Shown in pieces: positions 21,979 through 32,832 of a DNA stretch of 64,000 nt (the first letter of the stretch is position 1; every line of letters starts with the position of its first letter). The notes beneath the pieces are model-generated. The model saw only the letters and a program-made list of their open reading frames with translations, was not told the origin of the DNA and made no database searches. This DNA is from Kofleriaceae bacterium. Its GTDB lineage: Bacteria > Myxococcota_A > Polyangia > Haliangiales > Haliangiaceae. Where the stretch lies: contig CBDCCZ010000012.1 in the NCBI GenBank assembly GCA_965215005.1, forward strand, positions 96,001 through 160,000, read 5' to 3'. The translations under genes and the position numbers were made by a program.

Positions 21979-22119
21979 GGGCGGGGCGCCCATAGATTCT
22001 GACGCACGAGTGCCATCAAAGTTCAAAGGAAGTGCACCGGCAACAGGCGCAAAGCAGCTCTCGCGGCAGCAGCGTCGCCGCCGCGACAAGCTCGCGTATT
22101 CCGAGCGAGCAATGGCGCG

Positions 22120-23499
22120 CTAGAAGTGGCCGCCCAGGACATCGACGGCGTAGCCGCGAGTGCGCGCATCGAGCGCCGGCAACGCCGCCGGCCGCACGTT
22201 GGGCAGGCCCACCATCCACGCGCCGTCCGAGCTGCGATGCAAGAGACCCATCGGAGCCTCGCCGGCTTGCGGTTGACCAGCATCCATGTCGCTGGTGTAG
22301 CGCCACGCCAGGTACGCACCGCCGAACAAGCTCGCAGCCGATACCAACCCCACGGTGCGCTCGTCGCTATCGGTGGAGTAATCGGCGATCACCGGATACA
22401 GCAAGATCCACGGCGCCGCCGCCCCTGCCAGCGCACCTAGATCGATGCGCAGCATCCGCTGGCGTGAGATGTCGAGCTTGGTGCTGGCCCAGAGGCCAAT
22501 GCTCAAACCACCCACAGCGCCGAACACAGCGTTGAGCGAGTAGGCCTCGCCGGTGGCGGGGTCCATCGCGACGCTGAGCAGCAATGCTCCCAAGCCGCCA
22601 TACATGCCCAGCGAGTTGGTCAAAGCGAGGTCATTTCGCGACGGCCGAGCCGCCAGCGCGTAGTAGGCACCAGCGCCCGTGCCGACGAGCGAACCGATGC
22701 CAATGCCGCGATAGACGTCGTTGACCGAGGTGGTGTCGATGCCGGTGACGAGATCGGCAAAGAAGCCCCCCAAGACGCCGCCCCAGACGCCACCTGAGCC
22801 AACGGCCCAGGCTTGCCCCACCGTCATCGGCCGCTCGCGGCTGAGGTAATACGCAGCGCCTGCGCCTGCGCCTGCGCCGATCAATCCGCTGAGCACCGCC
22901 CCGCCCCGCACGTTATCCTCGTCATCGTAGGGCCCGACCATCGCCAGCCCCGCGGTAAACCCGAGCAGGCCGCCGTAAAGCATCAGACCGCGCTGCGCGC
23001 GCCAAGCCTCATCGGCCGAGAGCCCCGCGGCCGCGAGGGGCGCTGGCTCTGGCTGGATTTCTGGCTCTGCCGCAGGGTAGGCGTCAAGCGGCTCCTCCGG
23101 CGGCGATTGCCCGTACGGGTCTAAGAGACCGTCGTCGGTCGCTCCCGGCTGCGGAAGGCCCGCATCGAGATCCTCGAGGCCGAGCCGCTCATTGGCGGTT
23201 TGCAGCATGAGCTTGGCGTCGGCGGAGACGGGGCCACTAAAACTGCGCTCGAGCGACTCGATGAACAGCATCTTAGCGTTGGCGTAGTCGCCGCTGCTCA
23301 AAAGGACGCGCCCGCGCTCGTAAAGGGCTTTGGCCACGGCTTCATCGAGTGCGACGTCGGTAATCGCTGCGGGGCTCGCCTCTGCGTCGGCCTCTGGGTT
23401 GGCCTCTGCGGGCTGCGCCGGCTGCGCACGCGCTTCGAGGGGCGCCAACACGAGCGCCGACACGACAAGCGATGCAAAGAGTAGGCGAGGCGAAGTCAT
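22120..23499 (-). CDS. Exported TPR plus Gly-rich multi-helix hypothetical protein
   Basis: Signal peptide (..LEARA/Q), one TPR (AKALYERG..GDYANA), Pro/acidic linker, about eight GxxxG-rich hydrophobic segments, terminal Phe. Confidence 0.75.
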   Translation of the reverse strand: MTSPRLLFASLVVSALVLAPLEARAQPAQPAEANPEADAEASPAAITDVALDEAVAKALYERGRVLLSSGDYANAKMLFIESLERSFSGPVSADAKLMLQTANERLGLEDLDAGLPQPGATDDGLLDPYGQSPPEEPLDAYPAAEPEIQPEPAPLAAAGLSADEAWRAQRGLMLYGGLLGFTAGLAMVGPYDDEDNVRGGAVLSGLIGAGAGAGAAYYLSRERPMTVGQAWAVGSGGVWGGVLGGFFADLVTGIDTTSVNDVYRGIGIGSLVGTGAGAYYALAARPSRNDLALTNSLGMYGGLGALLLSVAMDPATGEAYSLNAVFGAVGGLSIGLWASTKLDISRQRMLRIDLGALAGAAAPWILLYPVIADYSTDSDERTVGLVSAASLFGGAYLAWRYTSDMDAGQPQAGEAPMGLLHRSSDGAWMVGLPNVRPAALPALDARTRGYAVDVLGGHF

Positions 23500-23616
23500 G
23501 ATGGCGGGCCGGACACGGTCCTCGATGAGATAGCACTCGCCGCAAGCCGCATCAATCGCCACCGCGGCATTGGCGAAGCATGGCGACCGACATCACGTGC
23601 TGCCGATGCCTGCGGC

Positions 23617-25047
23617 TCACCCCAAAGGCAGCCCACGAGGCGGTACCGGCCCTTCCGGCGTCGCCGGCTCACGGCGCCTAGGTCCCGAGAGTGCGGCATC
23701 GCGCATCCATGCTTTGTGGCGAACGTAGAGGAACAACACCTGGATCATCGACAACACCGGGACCGCCAGGAGCGCGCCAACGAGACCATACGTGTGTTCC
23801 CCGACGATGAGCGCGAAGATGACCAACACCGGATGAATCTTGGCCGAGGAGCCGATGATCTTGGGATTAAGGAAGTTGCCTTCGATGAAGTGGATGCCGA
23901 CCACCCAGGCCAAGGCGAAGAACGCGCGGGTGACGTTGATGCCCTCATCGCCGCTCACCAGCGCAGCGAAGACGATGGGAATCGTCGACAAAATAGAGCC
24001 AAAGATGGGGATGAGGCTCATGACGGCAGCAACCACCGCCAAAATGAGCGCGTATTTGACCTGAAAGATCATCAGGCCGACGTAGGTGAGCACGCCGTTG
24101 ACGAGACAGATGACGAGCTGCCCTCGAATCACGCCCGAGAGGCCGCGATTCATGCCGGCGGTGATCTTGTCATAGTCGTCGCGATAGACCGCCGGTACCA
24201 ATCCGCGGACGAAGCCGTGAATCTTCTCGAGGTCGATGAGGATGAAGGCGCACACCATGAGCACCAAGAAGAACGTGAACACGCTGGCTACTAGGCCGGC
24301 AAGGATCGCTTGGCCGAAGCGAAAGAAGTCGCCGAGCTCAGCCTGGAGTCCCGAGAGCGCCTCCGCGACCCAGCCGCGGATGCGATCTTCGAGGGCATAA
24401 GGTTCATCGTCGGCTTCACGCGACTCCATCGTGAAACCGCCGCCCGCCAGCGGCGTAACGTCGATGCCGGCGGATTGCACCTGCACGGCGAAGCGCCCAT
24501 CGGGCAACGGCGTGAGAACGAAGGCGGTGCCGGGGGGCATTGGCACGTCGGCGATGAGCGGCTCGACAGCAATGGCCTCGGCGGGCTCGACCGCGGGGAA
24601 TCGCTGCTCCACCCACACCGCGGCCTGAGGCGCCCATTCCTCGTTCAGCTTTTGATACAGGCCTGGCAGCTCGCGGCCGATGCGGGCGGCGTCTTTAGAG
24701 AGCCGCGGCAATAGCAGCCCCAAGAACGAAGCGATGAAGGCGATGAGGACCAGATAGCAGAGCAGAATCGCCAGCCCGCGCGGCATCCGACGGCCCCCGT
24801 CTTTGCGCTCGCTCATCCACTGCACCACGGGCGCTAGGATGTAGGCCAAGAGCAGCGCGAACACGAACGGCAAGATGACGTGCCGCGCCAGAACGATGAC
24901 CAAGATGGCGAAGCCAAAAAACCCCCACAAGCGCGCGCTGCGTCGCGCCCACCCACCGGGGCTAAAGGCGGTCACCGCCGGACGACGGCGCGGCCGCTCG
25001 TCGACTGGAGCAGCGGGCTCGGCGGGGTTTTGCGGATCGGTCGACAT
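23617..25047 (-). CDS. AI-2E (PerM/TqsA) family transporter
   Basis: LPFVFALLLAYILAPVV, IRGQLV, SLIPIFGS, EGNFLNPKIIG, IHPVLVIFALIVG..GLVGALLAVP. Confidence 0.92.
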   Translation of the reverse strand: MSTDPQNPAEPAAPVDERPRRRPAVTAFSPGGWARRSARLWGFFGFAILVIVLARHVILPFVFALLLAYILAPVVQWMSERKDGGRRMPRGLAILLCYLVLIAFIASFLGLLLPRLSKDAARIGRELPGLYQKLNEEWAPQAAVWVEQRFPAVEPAEAIAVEPLIADVPMPPGTAFVLTPLPDGRFAVQVQSAGIDVTPLAGGGFTMESREADDEPYALEDRIRGWVAEALSGLQAELGDFFRFGQAILAGLVASVFTFFLVLMVCAFILIDLEKIHGFVRGLVPAVYRDDYDKITAGMNRGLSGVIRGQLVICLVNGVLTYVGLMIFQVKYALILAVVAAVMSLIPIFGSILSTIPIVFAALVSGDEGINVTRAFFALAWVVGIHFIEGNFLNPKIIGSSAKIHPVLVIFALIVGEHTYGLVGALLAVPVLSMIQVLFLYVRHKAWMRDAALSGPRRREPATPEGPVPPRGLPLG

Positions 25048-26522
25048 CAGTCCCTGGGCGGCTTGAACGGGTCAGCCGATTTGCCGCCGCGCATCGTAGC
25101 CCAGGCGCCAGAGAACCAACTACCAGCTCTGCCAACGACTGACGAGGGGCGCGCGATGGCGTCGAGCTCGTCGCCGGTCAAGCTGGCATCGCGCGGCTCG
25201 GACACACCGCCATCGCCCAGGAGCAGCAGCGAAGGGGCGCGCGGTAGCTCCCGGGGCGATGGCGGCGGCACTGGCGTGGCGCGGCCGCCGTCGAGCTGCA
25301 CCGTGGCCCATCGGCGACAGCGCGCGCAGCGCCAAAACAGCGACTCGGCGCGATGCCCGCAGTGCGTGCACGCCCACGCACCGTCGAGCGCCCAATCGAG
25401 GGCACCATCGTCGGCGGTGAGCGCTTCGAGCTCCCGGCGCACCCACGCAGCGTCATTACTGGCCAACGCCAGACGCGCCGACGCCAGGCGGGCGGGCAGA
25501 AGCTCGGGAAACGCAGTCGAGGCGCGCGCGAACATCTCGAGAGCGCGCGGCTGATCGCACACCGCGAGCACCTCGGCCTGGGCGAGAAGTAGATGACCCT
25601 CCGGGCCAGCACCATCGAGCACCGCATCGAGAACGGCAGCGGTCTGCTCGGCCGCGCGACGTTGCTTTTCCACCTCGAGACGCTCGGGCGCGACCTCGCG
25701 AGCATCGGCTGGAAATTTGGCCTCGACCAGCTGGCGTTGCGCCAACACCAGCCCCGGCACGAGGAAGCGAGCCAGTCCTGGAGCCGCGAGCAAGGCGTCG
25801 CGAAGGTAGCCAATGGCATCTTCGGGGCGTCCTCTCGCTGCAGCCAGCTCGGCGGCAACCGCGAGATGATGGGGCGTGCTGCCGCCTTGCTTCTCGGCAT
25901 CCTTGAGGAGCCGCCTGGCGGAGTCGGGATCACCAGTGGCTAGCGCATGCTGCGCCGCTGCGACCAGCAAATGATGCTCGCGCCGATGCGAGGGCGGGCC
26001 CTCGATCTTGCGAAGGCGTCGCCAGGCGGCGGCAGCTTCCAGATAGCGGGCCTGCTGCTCGTAGAGCCCGCACAACGCGCGAATCGCGCCCTCGTGCTTG
26101 GGCTCTTCTGTCAGGCACTCCTCCATGGCTCGAGTCGCGCGTCGCGGCATGCCGGCGGTCCGAAAATCGAGCCCTAGCTCATAGCGAGCGCGGAGCCGCA
26201 ACCTTCGCGAGCCACTCTCACGCAGCGCCAGCGCTTGGTGCACACGAATCGCACGCTCCCACTCGCCGCGGGCACGGAACAGCGCCCCGAGCGCGAAATA
26301 CGGCTCGACCTCGTCGACATTCTCGGAGACCACGCGGGTGAGCTCCGTGACCGCCTGCTCATCGTCCCGAGCGAGCACGTGGTTGAGCGCGCGCATGTAC
26401 GAACGCGCATGCCGAGCTGTGCGCCGCAGCATGCGATCGTCGGGGACGTAATACCGACCGACCAGGATGCCGATGGCCAGCGCGCCGAAGCCGATGGCGA
26501 GAAGCACGACGGCGGCGCCCAT
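25047..26522 (-). CDS. lapB: Lipopolysaccharide assembly protein B-like TPR protein
   Basis: N-terminal TM, ALGALFRARGEWERAIRVHQ, ELGLDFRTAG, rubredoxin-type CTHCG..FWRCARCRRWAT. Confidence 0.85.
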   Translation of the reverse strand: MGAAVVLLAIGFGALAIGILVGRYYVPDDRMLRRTARHARSYMRALNHVLARDDEQAVTELTRVVSENVDEVEPYFALGALFRARGEWERAIRVHQALALRESGSRRLRLRARYELGLDFRTAGMPRRATRAMEECLTEEPKHEGAIRALCGLYEQQARYLEAAAAWRRLRKIEGPPSHRREHHLLVAAAQHALATGDPDSARRLLKDAEKQGGSTPHHLAVAAELAAARGRPEDAIGYLRDALLAAPGLARFLVPGLVLAQRQLVEAKFPADAREVAPERLEVEKQRRAAEQTAAVLDAVLDGAGPEGHLLLAQAEVLAVCDQPRALEMFARASTAFPELLPARLASARLALASNDAAWVRRELEALTADDGALDWALDGAWACTHCGHRAESLFWRCARCRRWATVQLDGGRATPVPPPSPRELPRAPSLLLLGDGGVSEPRDASLTGDELDAIARPSSVVGRAGSWFSGAWATMRGGKSADPFKPPRD

Positions 26523-26777
26523 CACCGTCCCCCTTCGACTAGAAACACTACAACCGATGGCGCAGGCGCCCATGGCAGCCCGTGAGCAGGGCAAGTCTGC
26601 CCTTGCCCCGCATCCAGGCGGAGGCCTGCATCATCGACTCCGCGACGGCGTGCCGAGCGCCCGGATCGGGACGTCACGCAGCGGCAGCTCGAGCCCGCGG
26701 GCTGAACGAGGCGACCCGGGGGCAGCGGTAGGTCGCCGGTGAGATAGAGTCTCGATCGCATGGCTCGATCCGTGCGG

Positions 26778-27191
26778 CTACGCCGCATCCTCGTCATCGA
26801 CGGCCGCGGCCAACGCCCGTGCCAGCGTCGGATCTGGCGACTCCGGCAGGTCTTCAAGCGGCGCTGGCTCGGTAAACGGCAAGTTTCGCAGCTGCGCAAG
26901 CTCCCGCTCGAGTCGGTGGATCAAACTCTCATACTGCCGACGGCGCCACACGTAGAACATGCTCCAGATGATCAGCAGGCCCGTGAGCAGGATCGACGCC
27001 AGCCAGCCGCCGATGAGCGCTGGCAGCCACATGTCAGCTTGACGATTGCCGAAGATCCCTTCGAGCCACGGCGGCACGTCAACACGCACCCAGCCGCTGT
27101 TTGCGACCAGGAACAAGCCAAGGCCGAGGCCAACGGCAATCATCGACAAGATGACGGTACCGATGGCAAGGATGCGCAACCAGCGAATCAA
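26778..27191 (-). CDS. lapA: LapA family membrane protein
   Basis: Two TM helices with FLVANSGWVRV, then a basic coiled coil ending LRNLP; lies between rpsA and lapB. Confidence 0.75.
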   Translation of the reverse strand: MIRWLRILAIGTVILSMIAVGLGLGLFLVANSGWVRVDVPPWLEGIFGNRQADMWLPALIGGWLASILLTGLLIIWSMFYVWRRRQYESLIHRLERELAQLRNLPFTEPAPLEDLPESPDPTLARALAAAVDDEDAA

Positions 27192-27374
27192 TGAAGGTCC
27201 CCTGCGCCGAGCTTACTACGCACGACTCCTGCCGCGCCTTGCATCGACCTCGTTTCGCTCGCGACGAGATGCCCCGCGGCAATCGGAGGAGAACCGCTCC
27301 TCGGCGTGCAAGTCAGCAAGAGCACCGCACCAGCGCAATTCCTACTGCACCCGGCGGAGACGTTTCCAGGCGCC

Positions 27375-27408
27375 GAAACGCACAGCGGCGACCCGAAGGC
27401 CGCCGCCA
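27375..27408 (-). terminator. Putative intrinsic terminator after rpsA
   Basis: TGGCGGCGGCC-TTCG-GGTCGCCGCTG hairpin followed by a weak U tract (TGCGTTTC). Confidence 0.6.
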
Positions 27409-27446
27409 TGGTTGGTTTGCCGCCCGAAGGGGAGGCATCCTCTGCA

Positions 27447-29207
<1,761 letters not shown>

Positions 29208-29280
29208 TGGTAAATGTCTCTCCTAGAACGTATTTACGCCGCTAGAGGGACCATTGCCCACAGGCGCGCGCAGGGGGGAA

Positions 29281-29309
29281 CTGATACGCCCGGAGGCTGA
29301 GTTTGTCAA
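29281..29309 (-). promoter_or_regulatory. Putative rpsA promoter
   Basis: TTGACA-17 nt-TATCAG. Confidence 0.5.
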
Positions 29310-29340
29310 CCGATTCCAACCCATGGAGGTCGGTATCCGA

Positions 29341-30045
29341 CTATTCCTGCTCCGGGTGCTGGGTAACCGACTCGCGCCGGCGGACCTCGCGCAGCATGAA
29401 CTCGATGACCGCATCGGCCGCCATCTGCGACGTGTCCACCAAGATCGCATCGTGCGCGGCGACCAACGGGGCCACCGCTCGCGAGGTGTCGCGCTCATCT
29501 CGCGCGCGCAGCTCCGCCAGCGTGGCGTCGTACTCCACCGCCGCGCCCTTACTGCGCAGCTCCTCGAAGCGTCGCCGGGCGCGCACCTCGTCGCTCGCGG
29601 TCACGAAGAACTTGGCGTGAGCCGCCGGAAACACCACCGTGCCTACATCGCGTCCCTCAGCGACGATGCCGCCACCGGCCGCCAAACGGCGCTGCAGCTC
29701 GAGCAACGCCTGCCGCACCGCCGGATGACCTGACACCTGCGAGCTGGCCTCAGAGATCGCGGGGGTGCGAATCGCTTCGGTGACGTCCTCGCCGGCGACG
29801 AAGACATGATTGAGCTCGCCGCGAAAGTCGAAGCGAACCTCGAGGGCGCGTGCGAGCTCCGCCAGGCCCTCCTCATCGGTCCAGGAGATCCCGGCCTGCT
29901 TGGCCGTAAGCGCGATCGATCGATAAATGGCGCCGGTGTCGAGCAGCCGGTACCCCAGGGCGCGGGCCAGTCGCTTGGCGACCGTGGACTTACCAGCCCC
30001 GGCAGGACCGTCGATGGCGACGATGAGCTTGCGCGGGTGGGACAT
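29341..30045 (-). CDS. cmk: Cytidylate kinase
   Basis: VAIDGPAGAGKSTVAK, LDTGAIYR, EGRDVGTVVFP. Confidence 0.98.
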   Translation of the reverse strand: MSHPRKLIVAIDGPAGAGKSTVAKRLARALGYRLLDTGAIYRSIALTAKQAGISWTDEEGLAELARALEVRFDFRGELNHVFVAGEDVTEAIRTPAISEASSQVSGHPAVRQALLELQRRLAAGGGIVAEGRDVGTVVFPAAHAKFFVTASDEVRARRRFEELRSKGAAVEYDATLAELRARDERDTSRAVAPLVAAHDAILVDTSQMAADAVIEFMLREVRRRESVTQHPEQE

Positions 30046-30056
30046 GGAAGTCGCGG

Positions 30057-30085
30057 ACCTTACCCACTCGCGCCGCCGCGCGCAA
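30057..30085 (-). promoter_or_regulatory. Putative cmk promoter
   Basis: TTGCGC-17 nt-TAAGGT, ending 11 nt before the ATG. Confidence 0.5.
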
Positions 30086-30141
30086 CGGCCGGCAAAGGTT
30101 GCCGCTTGCCACCGGCCCCGCCGCGGCCCATACCATCATTT

Positions 30142-30378
30142 ATGCATGACCGGCTGCGCAGTCTTCTCCTCATGTTGATCCTGATCGCGGGCGCTCTCGT
30201 GCTTTGGAGCGGCGCGGCCGCCGCTTGCCCCTACGCGCTGAAGGCTGTGCGCGTCGCAACGCCCGCCGTGCAAGCGTCAGCTGCCGACTCGACCCTCGGG
30301 TGGAGCGCGTGGGGCGCCCTCGCCGCGAGCACCTGGCTGTCGCTGTTTTGGGCCGCCTACCGCTGGGGCCGGCGCTAA
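30142..30378 (+). CDS. Small exported or membrane protein (78 aa)
   Basis: MHDRLRSLLLMLILIAGALVLWSGAAAA/CPY signal-like N-terminus, C-terminal hydrophobic helix and basic tail. It is the 3' part of track ORF 29806-30378. Confidence 0.6.
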   Translation: MHDRLRSLLLMLILIAGALVLWSGAAAACPYALKAVRVATPAVQASAADSTLGWSAWGALAASTWLSLFWAAYRWGRR

Positions 30379-30471
30379 CTCTAGCGCGCTGCTTCTCGGA
30401 CCCGATCCGAGGAAACCCCCGCGAGCTGCAGTCATGGCGCGGCGGACCATTCTTCGATAGTATTTTCGCTA

Positions 30472-31260
30472 GTGGTCGCGGGAGCTTGGCACAGCCCACA
30501 GCGATGGCGCGTGTTCGCCGAGGCGGTCGCCGCCGCGCTTGGCGTCAACGTTTGGGTGTCGCTGGTGGTGTTGCCAGCGCTGTTCGTTGGCGCTGACCGC
30601 TCAACGATTTTTTTGCTGCTGGCCGCCCTCCCCTTGGGCATCCTCGCAATCGGCTTGTGGAGAAGCTCAGAGCTGGCGCTGCTGCTCGGGTTCCCGTCTG
30701 CCCTCCTTCTACCCGTTGCTCTCGCTCCCGAGCTGGTGTCCGCGCACGTCTATGGCGCGGTCCGGTTCGCGGTCGTGGGGGTGGGGCTGGTCGCCTACCT
30801 GCTTGGCGTGTCGTTCTTCATGTCGTGGTACGAGCCACCCACACCTGAGCGAGTTCGACCGTTGGCGCCGCTCGAGCAGTCAACGCCAGACCGCTGGCGG
30901 CGGCGGTTTCGAGTGTACCGCTACCTCACCGTGCTGGCGGCGGCGATGCCGCTGGTCCTGCTCTACGCGGTCAACTACGACCAGGGCAACCGCGACGCGC
31001 TCCGAGCGATGTATCCCGGACGCGTGGCGGCCATGACCACGGTGCTCAACCTAGCGGTCATGGGCGTGTGGGTGCTGCTGTTTTCCCATGCCCTGCTCGG
31101 CGTCCTGCGCGCCCATCGCGCCGGTGACCGCGACCTCTTCCGAGTCTTGGCGCGGCGCGGTCGCGGCGTGCGCAGCACGCGACCCCGCGCGAGCTTCTAT
31201 ATAGGCGTTGCCGGCGCCGTTGGTCTCATGCTGCTGTTGATCGTTACGCGCTACCTGTGA
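30472..31260 (+). CDS. Hypothetical multi-pass membrane protein
   Basis: About seven hydrophobic segments; first gene of a tightly packed + strand run. Confidence 0.75.
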   Translation: MVAGAWHSPQRWRVFAEAVAAALGVNVWVSLVVLPALFVGADRSTIFLLLAALPLGILAIGLWRSSELALLLGFPSALLLPVALAPELVSAHVYGAVRFAVVGVGLVAYLLGVSFFMSWYEPPTPERVRPLAPLEQSTPDRWRRRFRVYRYLTVLAAAMPLVLLYAVNYDQGNRDALRAMYPGRVAAMTTVLNLAVMGVWVLLFSHALLGVLRAHRAGDRDLFRVLARRGRGVRSTRPRASFYIGVAGAVGLMLLLIVTRYL

Positions 31261-31269
31261 AGGAGCTCC

Positions 31270-31458
31270 GTGCAGCGTTACTTCTTCGAAATCCTCGCGG
31301 TCGCGCTCATTGGCGGCAGCCTTGCCTTTTTCTGGCAATGCATCGGCTATCTGGCGCGCCGCGATTACGTCGCCGCAGTCATCCTGCTCTTCATCGGCGT
31401 CGCGGTGATTTCCGTAGGCAAAGAGATGGCGCGATTGGCGCTGGTGCAGAAGGACTAA
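31270..31458 (+). CDS. Small two-TM membrane protein (62 aa)
   Basis: SD AAGGAG before GTG, two hydrophobic helices, fills the gap between neighbours. Confidence 0.75.
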   Translation: MQRYFFEILAVALIGGSLAFFWQCIGYLARRDYVAAVILLFIGVAVISVGKEMARLALVQKD

Positions 31459-31459
31459 C

Positions 31460-32473
31460 GTGGCTCACGGCATGCGTCATGACGCACGGGAAACGCAGCA
31501 CGCTCCCGACTCACGCGGTGTCGAAGCGATGGCCCCACGCCGCGTTGGTCGCATCGTTTGGCTCGCTGCGCTGCTCACCGCTTGCGCGCAAGACCCCGTC
31601 ACCACGCCTACCGCGCAGGCGGTCGACCTTTCGGCTGCGAGCACGGCCGTGGTGGTGGCTAACGTCAATGGCGCGCCGATAGATGCCCACTGCGTCGCCA
31701 ACCAAATGCGCGCCCTAGGCGTGGCTCGGACGGCCGCTCTCGAGCAGTGCATCGACTTCGAGCTGCTGGCGCAAGCGGCAAATCAGCGCGGCTATGGAGC
31801 AGATCCCGAGGTCGTCGATGCGATGCGTACCGAAGCGGTCCGCCAGCTCCTGCAGCGCGATTTTGCCGCCACCCACGCGCGCCCGGAAGACCTCCCGCCG
31901 GGGCTGCTCGATGCCGCCTACGAGCAGAACAAGCGACGGTTTCAGCACCCCGAGTACCGCTTTGCCCACTACGTGCGTGCCGAGGTCGATGCCAGCGAGC
32001 CGTTAGGCTCCGCGGCGGATCGCGCCGCCGAGCGTGCGGCGCGCAGGATCTATCTCGCGCTGCGCGGCGAGCGCGGACTCACGCCGCAGCGTTTCTACGA
32101 GCTGGCCGCCGCTGCTGCCGAAGAAGGCGCCCGGATCGTGAGCGACGAGGGCAAAGCAGCCTTCGATTTCCCACGCCATGGCCGCGCCGTAGAGCCCTTC
32201 GCAGCGGCAGCCTTCGCCATCCCCGAGGTCGGAATGGTCGCGCCGCCGGCGCGGACCGAATGGGGTTGGGACGTCATCCTTCTCACTCGCATCATGCCCG
32301 CCGCCGACGTCTCTCGCGAACAGGCCGGCACGGTCCTCTTCGCCAGCCTGCGGCGCAATGCGTTCCTCAACTGGATCAACGAGCGCGTGCCGCCCGCCGC
32401 CGTGGAGATTGATCGAGAAGCTCTGGAAGCGTTGACTCATGCCGAACAAGATTCGCGCCAGGTCACGCCGTGA
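31460..32473 (+). CDS. Parvulin-type (PrsA/SurA-like) peptidyl-prolyl isomerase lipoprotein
   Basis: Lipobox LLTAC, VVANVNGAPI, IDFELLAQAA, VEPFAAAAF..PPARTEWGWDVI. True start may be ATG 31529. Confidence 0.82.
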   Translation: MAHGMRHDARETQHAPDSRGVEAMAPRRVGRIVWLAALLTACAQDPVTTPTAQAVDLSAASTAVVVANVNGAPIDAHCVANQMRALGVARTAALEQCIDFELLAQAANQRGYGADPEVVDAMRTEAVRQLLQRDFAATHARPEDLPPGLLDAAYEQNKRRFQHPEYRFAHYVRAEVDASEPLGSAADRAAERAARRIYLALRGERGLTPQRFYELAAAAAEEGARIVSDEGKAAFDFPRHGRAVEPFAAAAFAIPEVGMVAPPARTEWGWDVILLTRIMPAADVSREQAGTVLFASLRRNAFLNWINERVPPAAVEIDREALEALTHAEQDSRQVTP

Positions 32474-32832
32474 GTCCCTTCGGCGCCATCTTGCGCGCCG
32501 CGGTCGAGACCACTCCAGGCGCGCTCGGTGGCGCCTTCGCGGCGTGGGACGGTGAGATGGTCGACTCCTTCGCAACCGTCGAAACCGAAACCTGGGCCGT
32601 TCTCACCGCCCACTACGGGGTGGTGTTCGCGCAGGTGCAAGCGGCGCTGAGCACCCTGCACTACGGCGGCGCCGAGCTCGTGCTCATCGAGCACGGCGAG
32701 CTCGCCGTGCTCATCCAGGCGGTAGCCGATGGATACTTCGCGTTGCTCGCGGTGGGTGCGCCGCGGCCGCTTGGAGCGGCGATGCACGCGCTACGAGACG
32801 CCGCTGCCGCGCTGCGCCAGGAGATGGCGTGA
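32470..32832 (+). CDS. Roadblock/LC7 domain protein (MglB/MglC-like)
   Basis: 120 aa, FGAILRAAVETTPGALGGAFAAWDGEMVD..GYFALLAV..ALRQEM; GTGA overlaps on both sides. Confidence 0.8.
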   Translation: MSPFGAILRAAVETTPGALGGAFAAWDGEMVDSFATVETETWAVLTAHYGVVFAQVQAALSTLHYGGAELVLIEHGELAVLIQAVADGYFALLAVGAPRPLGAAMHALRDAAAALRQEMA

